A stretch of 64,000 nucleotides of DNA from an uncultured Verrucomicrobiae bacterium. Lineage in GTDB: Bacteria > Verrucomicrobiota > Verrucomicrobiia > Limisphaerales > JAFGQR01. Position numbers and translations under genes: made by a program. Shown piece after piece: positions 43,192 to 53,910 of the stretch. Where the stretch lies: the NCBI GenBank assembly GCA_963788655.1, contig CAWBHS010000101.1, forward strand, positions 12,163 through 76,162. Reading direction: 5' to 3'. The notes below the pieces were generated by a model, which was given only the letters and a program-made list of their open reading frames with translations, was not told the origin of the DNA and ran no database searches. Every line of letters begins with the position of its first letter. Position 1 is the stretch's first letter.

Positions 43192-45951
43192 GTGCAGGCG
43201 CGGCCGTCCAACGAACCGATCCGGGTCCTCCTGATCGAAGACGACGAGGACGATTATTTCCTCACCAAAGGGCTCTTGACCGAAAGCCAGGGGCCGCGCT
43301 ACGCGGTCGAATGGCAGAAGAACTTCGAGTCCGGGCTGGCGGCCGCCATCCGCAACCAACATGACGTGTGTCTGGTGGACTACCGGTTGGGTGCGAAAAA
43401 TGGCATTGACCTGCTCCGCACCGCCCTCGAGGCCGGCTGCCAACTACCGCTCATCCTGCTGACCGGCCAGGGGGAACACGAGATTGACCTCCAGGCCATG
43501 AAGGCGGGCGCGGATGATTATCTCGTCAAAGGCCGGCTCGACGCCGGCATGCTCGAACGCTCCATCCGTTACGCCATCGAACGCAAACGCGCGGCGGCGC
43601 AGGCGGCGGCCGACCAGGCGCGGTTGGCGGCGTTCGGCGCGGACATCGGTTTGGCGTTGACCCGGCGCGATTCCTTGGACTCCATTCTGGGCCGCTGTTC
43701 CGCGGCCATGGTCCACTATCTCAACGCGGCCCTGGCCCAAGTGTGGGTGTATGATACGGACGCGGGGACGCTCAAACTCGAAGCCACCACCGGGGTCATC
43801 AGCAGCCTGATTCAACCCGAGGGCTATCAGTGCCGCGTTACGTTGGATTTGCCGGAACTGGCGCAGGGCACACCGTTGCTCATTCCGCACCTGCAATCCG
43901 ATGCCCGCTTGCTCGAACCCGAATGGGCCCAGCATGAGCGGTTGGCCAGCTTTGCCGCCTATCCGTTGCGCCTGGAAGACCGGCTGGTGGGATTGATGAC
44001 CTTGTATTCCCGCGAACCGCTCCCCGCCGCCATCCTTCAGGAAATGGCTTCGGTGGCCAACGGCATTGCCCTCTACATCGAGCGCAAACGTTCGGAAGAA
44101 GCCCTCGGCGCCAGTGAGGTCAAATACCGTTCGGTGGTCGAGAATGTCAAAGAGGTGATCTTCCAACTCGACGAACAAGGCTGCTGGACCTTTCTCAATC
44201 CGGCCTGGACCGAAATCACCGGCTTCAAAATTTCGGAAACCCTGGGCACCAACTTCGCCGATTACGTGCATCCGGAAGATCTCCAAAACCACCGCGAAGT
44301 CATGCAGGAGGTGTTTGGCCGGACGAAGAGTTTCTGCCGGGACGAAGTGCGCTACCTGGCCAAGGATGGAACGTTCCGTTGGATGGAGGTCTATGCCCAG
44401 CCGATCCTGGATAACCGGGACAGCCAGTTCGGTACGTCCGGAACGCTGAGCGACATCACCGAGCGTAAACGGGCCGAAGCCGAAATTCGCAAACTGGCAG
44501 CCTTTGCCCAGTTCAATCCCGATCCGGTCATGGAACTGGCCGCCGATGGTACGCTCACCTATTTCAATCAGGCCGCCAAGGAGACGGCCCACACGCTCAA
44601 AATCCAGGAGCCGGAAGCCATCCTGCCACCCGGCGCTTCAGCCATCGCGCAGCAATGTCTGCGCACCGGCCAAAGCAAATTGCGCCACGAGGTCACCTTC
44701 AACGGCCGCACCTTGACATGGTCGTTCTTCCCCATCATCGCCAGCCAGGTGGTCCACTGCTACGGCGTGGACATCACCGAGCGCATCACGCTGGAAGCGC
44801 AGTTGCGGCACGCGCAAAAACTGGAATCCATCGGCCAGTTGGCGGCCGGCGTGGCCCATGATTTCAACAACATTCTCACGATCATCCAGGGACACTCCGA
44901 CCGGTTGCTGGCCCGTTGCGAAGCCGATCCGGTGCTGGGCGATCCGTTGCAGCAGATTTCCGCCGCGGCCAAACGGGCGTCCGCCCTGACGCGGCAATTG
45001 CTCGTGTTCAGCCGCCGTCAGGTCATGCAGCCGCGGGTGTTGGAATTGAATGCCGTGTTGGGCAACCTCACCAAAATGCTCCATCGCCTGCTGGGTGACG
45101 ACGTTTCGCTCGACGCGGCCTATACCCCGGACCTGCCGCCCATCGAGGGTGACGCCGGTATGATCGAACAGGTGATCATGAACCTGGTGGTCAACTCGCG
45201 CGATGCGATGCCCAAGGGCGGCCACCTGACAATCGCCACGTCCGCCGTCGATATTGACGCTGCCTATGTGGAGCAACATCCCGAGGCGCAATCCGGCCGG
45301 CATATCTGTTTGAGCGTGAGCGATACGGGTTCCGGCATGAACAGCGAAACGTTGAACCGCATTTTTGAACCGTTCTTCACGACCAAAGAAGTGGGTAAAG
45401 GCACCGGCCTGGGCTTGGCCACCGTGTACGGCATCGTCAAGCAACACCAGGGCTGGGTCGAAGTCATGAGCGAAGTCAACGTCGGCACCACTTTCAAGAT
45501 TTATATTCCGGCGACGGACAAACCGGTGGACACCACCCAGGATCAAAACGTCGAACCGTCCGCCCTCCGCGGCGGTCAGGAAACCATTCTCCTGGTCGAA
45601 GACGAGCCGGTGCTGCGCGAGTTGGCCCGGGTCATTCTCAGTGATTTCGACTACCGGGTCATTGAAGCTTCCACCGGCCATGAGGCCTTGAAGGTGTGGG
45701 AGCAAAATGATGGCAAAGTGGATTTGCTTTTGACCGACATGGTGATGCCCGAAGGTATGACCGGTCGGGAATTGGCCGAGGAACTCAAAGCGCGCAAACC
45801 GGAACTCAAGGTCATTTTCACCAGCGGCTACAGCGCCGAAGTCATGGGTCGCGACATGGCCCTGTGCGATTGCACGTTCCTGCAAAAACCCTACCCACCC
45901 CCCTTGCTCACCCAGACGGTCCGCAACTGCCTGGACCACTCCCGGAACTGA
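43192..45951 (+). CDS. Hybrid histidine kinase (REC-GAF-PAS-PAS-HisKA-HATPase-REC)
   Basis: N-terminal REC, DITERKR PAS ends, AGVAHDFNN, FFTTK..GKGTGLGL, C-terminal LLTDMVMP. Confidence 0.93.
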   Translation: MQARPSNEPIRVLLIEDDEDDYFLTKGLLTESQGPRYAVEWQKNFESGLAAAIRNQHDVCLVDYRLGAKNGIDLLRTALEAGCQLPLILLTGQGEHEIDLQAMKAGADDYLVKGRLDAGMLERSIRYAIERKRAAAQAAADQARLAAFGADIGLALTRRDSLDSILGRCSAAMVHYLNAALAQVWVYDTDAGTLKLEATTGVISSLIQPEGYQCRVTLDLPELAQGTPLLIPHLQSDARLLEPEWAQHERLASFAAYPLRLEDRLVGLMTLYSREPLPAAILQEMASVANGIALYIERKRSEEALGASEVKYRSVVENVKEVIFQLDEQGCWTFLNPAWTEITGFKISETLGTNFADYVHPEDLQNHREVMQEVFGRTKSFCRDEVRYLAKDGTFRWMEVYAQPILDNRDSQFGTSGTLSDITERKRAEAEIRKLAAFAQFNPDPVMELAADGTLTYFNQAAKETAHTLKIQEPEAILPPGASAIAQQCLRTGQSKLRHEVTFNGRTLTWSFFPIIASQVVHCYGVDITERITLEAQLRHAQKLESIGQLAAGVAHDFNNILTIIQGHSDRLLARCEADPVLGDPLQQISAAAKRASALTRQLLVFSRRQVMQPRVLELNAVLGNLTKMLHRLLGDDVSLDAAYTPDLPPIEGDAGMIEQVIMNLVVNSRDAMPKGGHLTIATSAVDIDAAYVEQHPEAQSGRHICLSVSDTGSGMNSETLNRIFEPFFTTKEVGKGTGLGLATVYGIVKQHQGWVEVMSEVNVGTTFKIYIPATDKPVDTTQDQNVEPSALRGGQETILLVEDEPVLRELARVILSDFDYRVIEASTGHEALKVWEQNDGKVDLLLTDMVMPEGMTGRELAEELKARKPELKVIFTSGYSAEVMGRDMALCDCTFLQKPYPPPLLTQTVRNCLDHSRN

Positions 45952-46011
45952 CGCGCGCGGTTACCAGCGGGAAAGCCCTCCGTCCGCGGCTGAATCAACC
46001 GCCGATCCAAG

Positions 46012-46082
46012 TTACTCTTTCTTGCTCTTGCTCTTACTCCTGCTCTTGAGGATTGAGTAAGAGCACGAGCACGAGCAAGAAG
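46012..46082. repeat. Inverted hexamer-repeat hairpin between convergent genes
   Basis: (CTCTTG/CTCTTA)n ... (GAGTAA/GAGCAC/GAGCAA)n. Confidence 0.7.
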
Positions 46083-46108
46083 TTGATCTGTGATCGGTTA
46101 TGATCAGC

Positions 46109-47086
46109 TCAAGGACGTGGCGGCGGCTTCAACGTCGGTTCGCCCTTCAACCAACCGAGCGAACCAAGGAACTTGTCCGTTTCAATAAGCGTCAGCGTGA
46201 ACCAAGCGCCCGAGCTCGTATCGCGATTGAAGAAACCGTGACCGGCGCCGTGATAAACGTGGGTATCGCAACGCACGCCGGCTTGTTTTATACGGGCCTC
46301 GAAATCGCGAAGCACGGACACCGGAATGAGCTTGTCCCGGTCACCGAGGAAGACCACCGTCGGCGGCGCGTCTGGCGTGATATTGTGGGCGGGCGAAAAC
46401 TCTCGGTAGCGGTCGCCAACCCGCCCGTAGCCCCACTGGCCAGGGCCGTTGTTGAAGACCGGATTGAATAGCACCAGGGCATTGGGTTTGCAGGACACCG
46501 TCAGGTCATCCTGGGGATCGTCCAAGCCCGGCACCAGCGCCGTGAAAGCCGCGAGGTGTCCGCCCGCCGAACCACCCGCCGTCGCGATGCGTTGCGGGTC
46601 GATGCCCAACTCTGCCGCGTGCGCGCGCACATAGCGCAGCGCCGACTTCGCATCCGCGCAGCACATCGTCGGCGGCCCGGGATTTCCCTTCGGTATCGTG
46701 CGGTATTCCACGCGAATGCCGACCATGCCGCGGGTCGCCAGATACTGGCTTTGCTTGAGGAATTGGCCCGAACTTCCGCCCACCCAGGCGCCCCCGAAAT
46801 AGAACACCATGGCTGGCCACCGGTCAGCGGATTTCCAGTTGGGCGGCTTGTCGATGAAGAGCTTCAGCGAACGACCGTCGATGCGCTTGTAGATCACCGT
46901 TTCAGTTGCGCCCATATCGATGGCGGTATTTGGCGCAATGACTGCCGATTGGCGTTCCGCACTCGAGCTGACAGCAACCTCAGCCGTCAGCGCGGATGGC
47001 GGCACAAATACAGCGGGTAAGGCCAACACGTTAAACAGCCGAAGATACTCAAACAAAAGGCGACGGAACTTATTCATGACTTTCAC
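46109..47086 (-). CDS. Secreted alpha/beta hydrolase (esterase, HSL-like)
   Basis: FGGAW oxyanion motif, GGSAGG nucleophile elbow, GDRD, GAGHGF. Confidence 0.88.
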   Translation of the reverse strand: MKVMNKFRRLLFEYLRLFNVLALPAVFVPPSALTAEVAVSSSAERQSAVIAPNTAIDMGATETVIYKRIDGRSLKLFIDKPPNWKSADRWPAMVFYFGGAWVGGSSGQFLKQSQYLATRGMVGIRVEYRTIPKGNPGPPTMCCADAKSALRYVRAHAAELGIDPQRIATAGGSAGGHLAAFTALVPGLDDPQDDLTVSCKPNALVLFNPVFNNGPGQWGYGRVGDRYREFSPAHNITPDAPPTVVFLGDRDKLIPVSVLRDFEARIKQAGVRCDTHVYHGAGHGFFNRDTSSGAWFTLTLIETDKFLGSLGWLKGEPTLKPPPRP

Positions 47087-48717
47087 GGTTTTGATCGTCC
47101 GTTGAATTCGGCCAGCATCAACGCCAGTTGATCCAACTCGGCCTGTTTCGAGGGAGCGCCGGGGGGAGATTGGTAGTGGTTGAGGAGGAGCGAAAAAACC
47201 AACCGTTCACCGGTAGCGGACGTCACATAGCCGGACAAGGCGCTGACGTGGTGCAAGGCGCCGGGTTTGGCGTGAATCCGACTGGCGGCAGGGATGCCGG
47301 TCATTCGTTTGCGCATGGTGCCTTCTTCCCCGGCGACCGGCAACGCACGGAAGAATTCTTCGGCCAAACGATGCCGCGCCATGTAAGTCAACAAGGCCAC
47401 GGTGGCCTGTGCCGTCACTGCCGAGCCGTGGGATAGACCCGCCCCTTCTTCCAACTGAACCTCCTCGGTGGGAATGTCGGCGCGGCTCAGGAATTGGTGC
47501 AACGCGGCCAATCCAGCTTCTTCCGTGGTCCGAAAGGAGGAGGCCGCCGGGCTCTGGGCGCCTACTTGGAGCAGCAGCAATTGCGCATACAAGTTCTGCG
47601 AGTCTTTCAGCATCTTGGCCACGAGTTCCCCCATGGGACGCGAATCGGCATGCCCCAGTTCCACCAATTTCTCATAATCGATGGGCTTGGAGGGACGATC
47701 CTGCCAACCGGCAATCCGTGTTGGGCCGTCCACCGGAATCCCTCCCTGTTCCAACCCTGCTTCCAACCGCGCCAGGAACCACAGGGCGGGCCGAGTCACC
47801 GTGACGGCTTCCGGATAGCTGGCTTCGCCCAGCGGCAGTTGGCCGGTCACCATCACGGTGTTTTCACCGATGGGCCGATACAGGTGGATGGATCGCTCGC
47901 GGTTACGAGCACCGGTCCGGGTTCGATTGATGAACTTGAGAATCGCGGTTTCCGGTTTGGTGGTGATCTGGCACCGCGCGCCGGGTCGTGTCCCCGCGGC
48001 CAGCAACAGGTCCACCGTATTGTCATCCACGGTGAGCGCGGATACTTCAGCCCCGTAATAATACTGCAAATCTTCCCAGCTCCAACCGGTGCCCAAGGGC
48101 GGCCCGTGAAAATAACTTTCGTCGCCGATCAATCCGCCTTGGATGTGTTTGATGCCCGCTGCCGCAATGGTTTCGACAAGTGGTTGCAAGGACTTGGTGT
48201 AATCGCCATCGTTAAACCGCGCGGCGAAGGAAGGATCACCCCGGCCATAAATGATCAGGTCGCCCGCCAGGACGCCATTGGTATCCGGTTGCTTCGATCC
48301 AAAGAACGATGTGCGGATGCGGTAGTCCTGGCCGAACCGGGCCAGCGCCAGCGCGCCCGTGTACAGCTTGGCGTTGGAGGCCGGCTTGAGCAGCTTGCCG
48401 GGATTGTGCGCAAAGAGCAGCTCACCAGTATCGAGCGACATGATCTTGACGCCCCACGTCGCCGCCGCGAAACGGCTTTGAGCCAGGTGGTCGGCGATGG
48501 CGGTGCGCAGTTCGGCTACGGTGGTCGCGGGCGTGGCAGCGCCGGCGGGCCGCACGCAAGCAAGACCGAGCAAACCAAGCAACATCCAGGCAGCGACCAC
48601 GGGGATCGGCGGAAACGGATTGACCCGTTGGGCAGAGGGCAACTCTGCGCTACGGACTTGTGGCCGTTCCCCAACGGTTCCAATGCAGTCGCTATTCGTA
48701 AATTGACAGGCAGCCAT
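47083..48717 (-). CDS. dacB: D-alanyl-D-alanine carboxypeptidase/endopeptidase PBP4 (S13); start uncertain
   Basis: PASNAK (SxxK), GRGDP, SQN (SxN), LPVAG, AKPG (variant KTG), SALSGYV. Confidence 0.88.
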   Translation of the reverse strand: MAACQFTNSDCIGTVGERPQVRSAELPSAQRVNPFPPIPVVAAWMLLGLLGLACVRPAGAATPATTVAELRTAIADHLAQSRFAAATWGVKIMSLDTGELLFAHNPGKLLKPASNAKLYTGALALARFGQDYRIRTSFFGSKQPDTNGVLAGDLIIYGRGDPSFAARFNDGDYTKSLQPLVETIAAAGIKHIQGGLIGDESYFHGPPLGTGWSWEDLQYYYGAEVSALTVDDNTVDLLLAAGTRPGARCQITTKPETAILKFINRTRTGARNRERSIHLYRPIGENTVMVTGQLPLGEASYPEAVTVTRPALWFLARLEAGLEQGGIPVDGPTRIAGWQDRPSKPIDYEKLVELGHADSRPMGELVAKMLKDSQNLYAQLLLLQVGAQSPAASSFRTTEEAGLAALHQFLSRADIPTEEVQLEEGAGLSHGSAVTAQATVALLTYMARHRLAEEFFRALPVAGEEGTMRKRMTGIPAASRIHAKPGALHHVSALSGYVTSATGERLVFSLLLNHYQSPPGAPSKQAELDQLALMLAEFNGRSKP

Positions 48718-48975
48718 GTTTGGCGAGCTAAGCACGATCAACGGCCACGTCAAGGGAACTCATTCTCACGCATTGCGCGCGAAAATAACTCGCCGAAGAA
48801 CATTCTGCGTTCAAACAACCGATCAATCTCATCTGAACTCGTTGGAAGCCAGCGCCCGGTTAAGCGCGGCACGACGCATGCATCAAGCAGGTTGGTTGGT
48901 CGGATAAAGAGCCTCGAGCAACGGAGGTTGCCGAGGCGGCGGATGGCGAAACCAAAATCATGCCGGAGGAATGTT

Positions 48976-49698
48976 ATGAAAACTGCAAAGACTCTTCTGC
49001 AATTACTCAAAATCCACCCTGGCCGGAACGCCTTTACCCTGATCGAATTGTTGGTGGTCATTGCGATCATCGCGATCCTGGCCGGATTATTATTGCCGGC
49101 GTTGGCCCGAGCCAAAGCCGTGGCCTTGCAAGTCCAATGTCTCAACAACTTGCGGCAGACAGGCTATGCCCTGATCATCTGGAGCGATGACCACAGCGAC
49201 CGTTTCCCCTGGCAAGCCGCGGCCACGGCGGGCGGCACCCAGGGCGCCACCAGCGCTGCCGAACATTTTCGGGGATTGGCCGGGGAATTGGTGACCCCAA
49301 AGATTCTTCGCTGCCCGGCGGATGGCGACGTTTCCCCGGCCACCCGTTTCGATGCCAGCGGCTTTTCCAGCCGCAACGTGTCGTACCTGATCAGTTTGGA
49401 TGCGAGCCGATCGCTGCCGATGGGGATGCTGAGCGCGGACCGTTTTTTGGAGGTGGGCGGAACCAGCAAACCGGAGGAAATGCCCAAGGACTATTGTACC
49501 ACCGCCCAAGCCGACGGCGTGATCCTGGCCCAGTTGGCCAGTTCGAACTATGGTTGGCTCAACGATCTGCATCCGAAAGGTGCCAATCTGTTGCTGGCCG
49601 ATGGCAGCACGCACAAAGCGTCCACGGCCGACTTACAACACGCCAATGAGGGATCGCTGCATGGCGCAGGAACGACCAATCACGTTCAGTTTCCCTAA
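48976..49698 (+). CDS. Prepilin-type N-terminal cleavage/methylation protein with H-X9-DG motif
   Basis: [44 protein letters not shown]. Confidence 0.9.
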   Translation: MKTAKTLLQLLKIHPGRNAFTLIELLVVIAIIAILAGLLLPALARAKAVALQVQCLNNLRQTGYALIIWSDDHSDRFPWQAAATAGGTQGATSAAEHFRGLAGELVTPKILRCPADGDVSPATRFDASGFSSRNVSYLISLDASRSLPMGMLSADRFLEVGGTSKPEEMPKDYCTTAQADGVILAQLASSNYGWLNDLHPKGANLLLADGSTHKASTADLQHANEGSLHGAGTTNHVQFP

Positions 49699-49732
49699 AG
49701 ATCGGCCATCAGGAACGCAGTAAGACAAATTG

Positions 49733-49761
49733 TTGAGAAAAAGATTTAACGACATTAGGGT
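49733..49761 (+). promoter_or_regulatory. Sigma70-type promoter TTGAGA-N17-TAGGGT
   Basis: In the AT-rich spacer upstream of 49808. Confidence 0.45.
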
Positions 49762-49807
49762 ATGGGGTGTCGAATTAGATAGGATTCGATGAAGTGGAAG
49801 GATCTGT

Positions 49808-50368
49808 ATGAAGGCATCGGCAACAGCAAAACGCGGTCGAGACATCACGGAGAAGTTTTACGTCCTGGTGGCCTACGAGGACATGTTCACCCATAACCGC
49901 GTGCGCGAGGTGTGTGACCGTTTGCTGGATCAATTCTGGGGCGAAGTGGAGTTCGACTTCAACTGGTGGAGCTTCAAAAATCTGCAGCCGGAGCATTCCC
50001 GTGAGTTGGCGATCGCGGCCGCACTCGAGGCCAACTTGATCATCATCTCGGCCCACGCCGGACCGGCCTTGCCCGAGCACGTGCAACGATGGACTGAGGC
50101 ATGGGTGACAGCACGCCCAAGCGACGAAGGGGCCTTGGCCGGCCTGATCGGATTGCCCAACGAACATGGCGCCGTGCCCATCGTCACTTACCTGCAACAC
50201 GCGGCGGAGCGCGCGCAAATGGATTTCCTGCCCAATGCTACCGCCGCGACGGCCCAGCGACCCGCATCAGAGAATGCGGTCTGGGGACCAAAGCAATTCG
50301 TGACGGAAGACCTCAAGCGGATGCTTGATCCCCGCCGCCCACCACCGCATTGGGGGATCAACGAGTAG
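49808..50368 (+). CDS. Hypothetical protein
   Basis: 186-aa ORF with a plausible promoter and RBS; ends PPHWGINE. Confidence 0.65.
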   Translation: MKASATAKRGRDITEKFYVLVAYEDMFTHNRVREVCDRLLDQFWGEVEFDFNWWSFKNLQPEHSRELAIAAALEANLIIISAHAGPALPEHVQRWTEAWVTARPSDEGALAGLIGLPNEHGAVPIVTYLQHAAERAQMDFLPNATAATAQRPASENAVWGPKQFVTEDLKRMLDPRRPPPHWGINE

Positions 50369-51713
50369 GCGGTTGCCGGAGGCCGTCCGGGGTCACGCGC
50401 GCTTGCGTGGACAAGCGATATTCATGACCGTCGGCGGCCTTCATTACCACTTGAACCAAGTAAGCGCGATAGCCGCGGGCGGGCGTCGCCAAGGGAAACT
50501 CGTATTGTGAGGCGCTCGCTTTGACGTTGCGCTGCACGGACCACTGCTCGTCCCGAAAATCCCGGTCGGCCGACGACGCGCTCCACAACTGAGCGCTTTG
50601 AGATGGAGGATTAATTTCAACAGCGACTTCCAACGGGGAATTGGTTCCAAACTGCCACGTGAACTTGGGCAGGGACTGGTGGTCGGCAATCATTCGCACG
50701 AACGCTGCCAACGTTTGAGTTGCCTCGGCGCCGCCGTTCAAGCCATGGCCGGCATTGGGGGTCTGGTAAATCAATTTGGGCTCCGGCAAGTCATCCCAAT
50801 AGAACCGCAACGAATCCACGGTCCAGTAAGGATCGTTCGTGCCCAGCAGAATCAATTTGGGCATTCGATACCGCTGCCGGTAACTGTAAGGATCGACCCA
50901 CTCGCGCAGCTTGGCCATGGCTGGATCGTCCATGCGCGCGATCAGGCCCAAATCGGTGTAGTCGTGAATCTTCTCGCTTTGCCGGCCGTACACCTGGTCG
51001 GCCCAACGGACCTGCGCCTGCATGTTCAGCATATCAATCACCATCGGCGCAATGCCCGTGACCCGCGGATCGACGGCGCCGGTCAACCACGTGGTCCAAC
51101 CGCGCTTGGACGCTCCCGAAAGCACGAAGCGCGTCAGGCCTGGCTGCTTTTCATTTTTCACCAAATCGGTCACTGCGTCCATGGCTTTGACGGCGCTTTT
51201 GACCATGGGAAACAACAAGGGCCAGGTCGGATCGCCAGTCTTCAAATATCGGTCAAACGTATAAGCGATCAAAGCGTCTTCGCTGCGGCCACCATATAAC
51301 GGTTGGTTGGGTACCCACGTTACCACGGCGGCCACCGCGCCGGCGCGGGCGGCCACGGTCTTGAGCAGTCCGAGCGACTTGGCGCCATCGCCATTGCCGG
51401 TGATGAATATAAAGGCCAGGTCCGGATTGCGAATGCGGTCGGGCTGCACGACCTGAAGGTCGTGTTGCCAGAGGTGCCCGCGCCATTCTTGAGAGGTCAT
51501 TTTGAGATGCGCGATCGTAAAACCGTCCGCCTGTCGGCGAGCGAGTTCCTTCCACCCGTAGTGGGAATCGGGCGCGTTGACATAATCCTCGAGCGCGCCG
51601 GCGCGGGAATCAGCCGCAACAAGCAGGTTGACGAGTGCGATCCCGACAACGAGCGAGCCAATTGACCACCAGCCATGAATCCGCCGGGCCAAAACCGATT
51701 GTGATGCTTCCAC
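50358..51713 (-). CDS. PhoPQ-activated PqaA-family alpha/beta hydrolase (start uncertain)
   Basis: LKMTSQEW, VPNQP, EDALIAYT, PMVKSAVKAMD, GASKRGWTTW, GTNDPYW, PNAGH. Confidence 0.88.
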   Translation of the reverse strand: MEASQSVLARRIHGWWSIGSLVVGIALVNLLVAADSRAGALEDYVNAPDSHYGWKELARRQADGFTIAHLKMTSQEWRGHLWQHDLQVVQPDRIRNPDLAFIFITGNGDGAKSLGLLKTVAARAGAVAAVVTWVPNQPLYGGRSEDALIAYTFDRYLKTGDPTWPLLFPMVKSAVKAMDAVTDLVKNEKQPGLTRFVLSGASKRGWTTWLTGAVDPRVTGIAPMVIDMLNMQAQVRWADQVYGRQSEKIHDYTDLGLIARMDDPAMAKLREWVDPYSYRQRYRMPKLILLGTNDPYWTVDSLRFYWDDLPEPKLIYQTPNAGHGLNGGAEATQTLAAFVRMIADHQSLPKFTWQFGTNSPLEVAVEINPPSQSAQLWSASSADRDFRDEQWSVQRNVKASASQYEFPLATPARGYRAYLVQVVMKAADGHEYRLSTQARVTPDGLRQPPTR

Positions 51714-51789
51714 GCCCAAATACCAAAGCACCGCCGGCTCCGCGTCAAGGGGTTTTCGGAGAACCACTGGCCAGAGGATGCGTCAGCGA

Positions 51790-51865
51790 GCCAATGGACC
51801 ATCAATGAAAGTGAATAACCAATGACCAAGGTCCAATGACCAGTGAAGGTCCAAGCCCCAATGAT
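51790..51865. repeat. Degenerate CCAATGA-type short-period repeat
   Basis: ACCAATGACCAAGGTCCAATGACCAGTGAAGGTCCAAGCCCCAATGA. Confidence 0.55.
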
Positions 51866-51949
51866 CGAGGCCCGGAACACATTACCGAGATGTTTTTCGA
51901 GGCGGGCAGGGCAGGTTTGAAGGCGGTAGCAGCACTACAGGTGCCATTA

Positions 51950-52744
51950 TCAATACCTCGCCACGGCCCGTTTGCCGCCGAGGCCCAACACGGCGGCTAA
52001 TTCGCGGGCTTTCGCCAGCATCATGCCGGTTTCACTGGCCAATGCGAGGAACTGAAATCCTTCCGCCAAACGCCGTTGGGCGGCCGCCGGGTCCGCCACG
52101 TGAATGCCCGGCGCGACGCCATGTTTGCGGGCCGTCTTGAGAATGTGATTAACCGCCTCAACAAACTCCGGATCATCGCTCTCGAACGCCGGCCGCTTGC
52201 CCATGGAATTGAGCAGATCATTGGGGCCAATAAACACCGCGTCAATCCCCGGCACGCTCAGAATGTCGTCCGCGGCTTGGATGGCTTCAACGTGTTCCGC
52301 CATGATCACGACCAGGATTTCCTCGTTGGCCCGCGCGTAATAGGTGGCTGGGTCGGTGTCGAAATTCACCGCATGAAGCTGGCCGCCCACCGAGCGCACA
52401 CCCTGCGGATGATAACGCGCCGCCGCCACTGCTGCTTCCGCCTCGGCTCGTGAATTCACCATGGGCACGACAATCCCCCAGGCGCCAATGTCCAGCACGC
52501 GCTTGATGTTTTCCCCGGTGTTCCAGGGAATGCGCGCCAGGGGCACGGTGTCGGCGGTCACGATGTTGCCCAGGCTCTGCGCGGCCGTTTCCAGGCTGGT
52601 GCCGGTGTGTTCGAGTTCAACGGTCAACCAGTCAAAACCCACTTGCGCCATCAACCGGGCGGCGGTGGGATCGGGCAAGGTCAGCCAGGTACCGATGCTG
52701 GCTTCACCCCGTTTCAATTTGGCGCGGACGAAATTGGTTTTCAT
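51950..52744 (-). CDS. HpcH/HpaI aldolase family protein
   Basis: GFDWLTVELEH, KRVLDIGAWGIVVPMV, FIGPNDL. Confidence 0.9.
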   Translation of the reverse strand: MKTNFVRAKLKRGEASIGTWLTLPDPTAARLMAQVGFDWLTVELEHTGTSLETAAQSLGNIVTADTVPLARIPWNTGENIKRVLDIGAWGIVVPMVNSRAEAEAAVAAARYHPQGVRSVGGQLHAVNFDTDPATYYARANEEILVVIMAEHVEAIQAADDILSVPGIDAVFIGPNDLLNSMGKRPAFESDDPEFVEAVNHILKTARKHGVAPGIHVADPAAAQRRLAEGFQFLALASETGMMLAKARELAAVLGLGGKRAVARY

Positions 52745-52793
52745 GGAGTTCGTGTTTAGTGGTGGTTTCTGATGAAGCATCTCGGACGTGCCA

Positions 52794-53804
52794 CTAAAGC
52801 GGAGGCTGGAGTTTGGCTCGGAGGCGGGAAGATTGCAGCACGGCCGGGTTTACCACAGATCGGGGAGGCCGCCCTTGCCGCAAGTCAACGATCGCCTGGG
52901 CGGCAGCCAAACTGATTTGTTCGCCCGTTTCGCGCGCCCATGAAGCCTGGTGCGGCGCCAACAACACCCGGGGCGCTCGCCGCAACGGGTGATCGGGCGG
53001 GAGCGGTTCGTGCGCGAATGTATCCAACGCCGCGCCGGCGATCCACCCCTGCTCCAGCGCTTCCACCAGCGCGGACTCGTCCAGCAACGCTCCCCGTCCA
53101 GCATTGATGAGTTGCGCGGAGGGTTTCATTTTCCGGAGTTGGGCGGCGCCGATCAGTCCGCTAGTTTCCGGCGTAAGCGCCGCGTGGAGGGTTACGAAAT
53201 CGCTGGCGCTTAACAATTCTTCCAACGAAACAAATTGCACGCCCAGCGCGGTGGCTTGCGGGCTGGGGGCTGGATCAAAAGCCAACCGCCGCAGGTTGAA
53301 GGCCGCCGCCCGCCGCGCCACCGCCAAGCCGATGCGGCCACAGCCGACAATCCCGAGCGTCTTCCCGGAAATGGTGTGGCCCCAAGTTGGCATCCATTCC
53401 CCTTTGCGCATCGACATGTGGCCTTCGTGGACGCCCCGCGCCAGGGCCAGCAACAGGGCAAACGTGTAATCGGCCACTGTATCGTCCAGCATTCCCGGCG
53501 TGTAGGCCACCGGGATGCCCAGGCGGGTGGCGGCGGGAATATCGATGGCGTCATAACCGACCCCCCAACGTGAGATCAGTTTCAACGTGGTGGCTTCCGT
53601 CGATTCGAGCACCGCCGCCGAATAGGGTTCAACCGAGGCCAGCACCGCATCGATCTCAACCAGCAATTGACGCAGCTCGTCCTCGCTGAATGGTCCAACG
53701 TGCGGCGGAAAAACCAATTCGCAACCGGCTTGGCGCAACTGGTCCAAGCCGTGCTGGCCCACGACCTTCATGGGCCGGGCGGTAATGAGCACCTTCCACG
53801 ACAT
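52794..53804 (-). CDS. Phosphoglycerate dehydrogenase-like D-2-hydroxyacid dehydrogenase
   Basis: RWGVGYD, GIVGCGRIG, INAGRG, DTFAHEP, APHQA. Promoter TTGCGT-N16-TAGACT ends 7 nt before ATG. Confidence 0.9.
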   Translation of the reverse strand: MSWKVLITARPMKVVGQHGLDQLRQAGCELVFPPHVGPFSEDELRQLLVEIDAVLASVEPYSAAVLESTEATTLKLISRWGVGYDAIDIPAATRLGIPVAYTPGMLDDTVADYTFALLLALARGVHEGHMSMRKGEWMPTWGHTISGKTLGIVGCGRIGLAVARRAAAFNLRRLAFDPAPSPQATALGVQFVSLEELLSASDFVTLHAALTPETSGLIGAAQLRKMKPSAQLINAGRGALLDESALVEALEQGWIAGAALDTFAHEPLPPDHPLRRAPRVLLAPHQASWARETGEQISLAAAQAIVDLRQGRPPRSVVNPAVLQSSRLRAKLQPPL

Positions 53805-53910
53805 GCGGCGGAGTCTAGCGGCTTGGCGGAGCGACGCAAGTGTGAGGACGGACATTGAGGATCACACGGCGCACCAGCGCGACAGCGCCACCACCCCATC
53901 CCCAGTAACA

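Noticed and set aside
42400..45939. Long antisense ORFs opposite the kinases (and similar ones opposite other genes)
   Set aside because: Expected shadow ORFs in GC-rich coding DNA, with no protein motifs.
47494..48975. 734-aa ORF suggesting a long N-terminal extension on the prepilin protein
   Set aside because: The upstream part is the antisense shadow of dacB; the real start is ATG 48976 after GGAGG.
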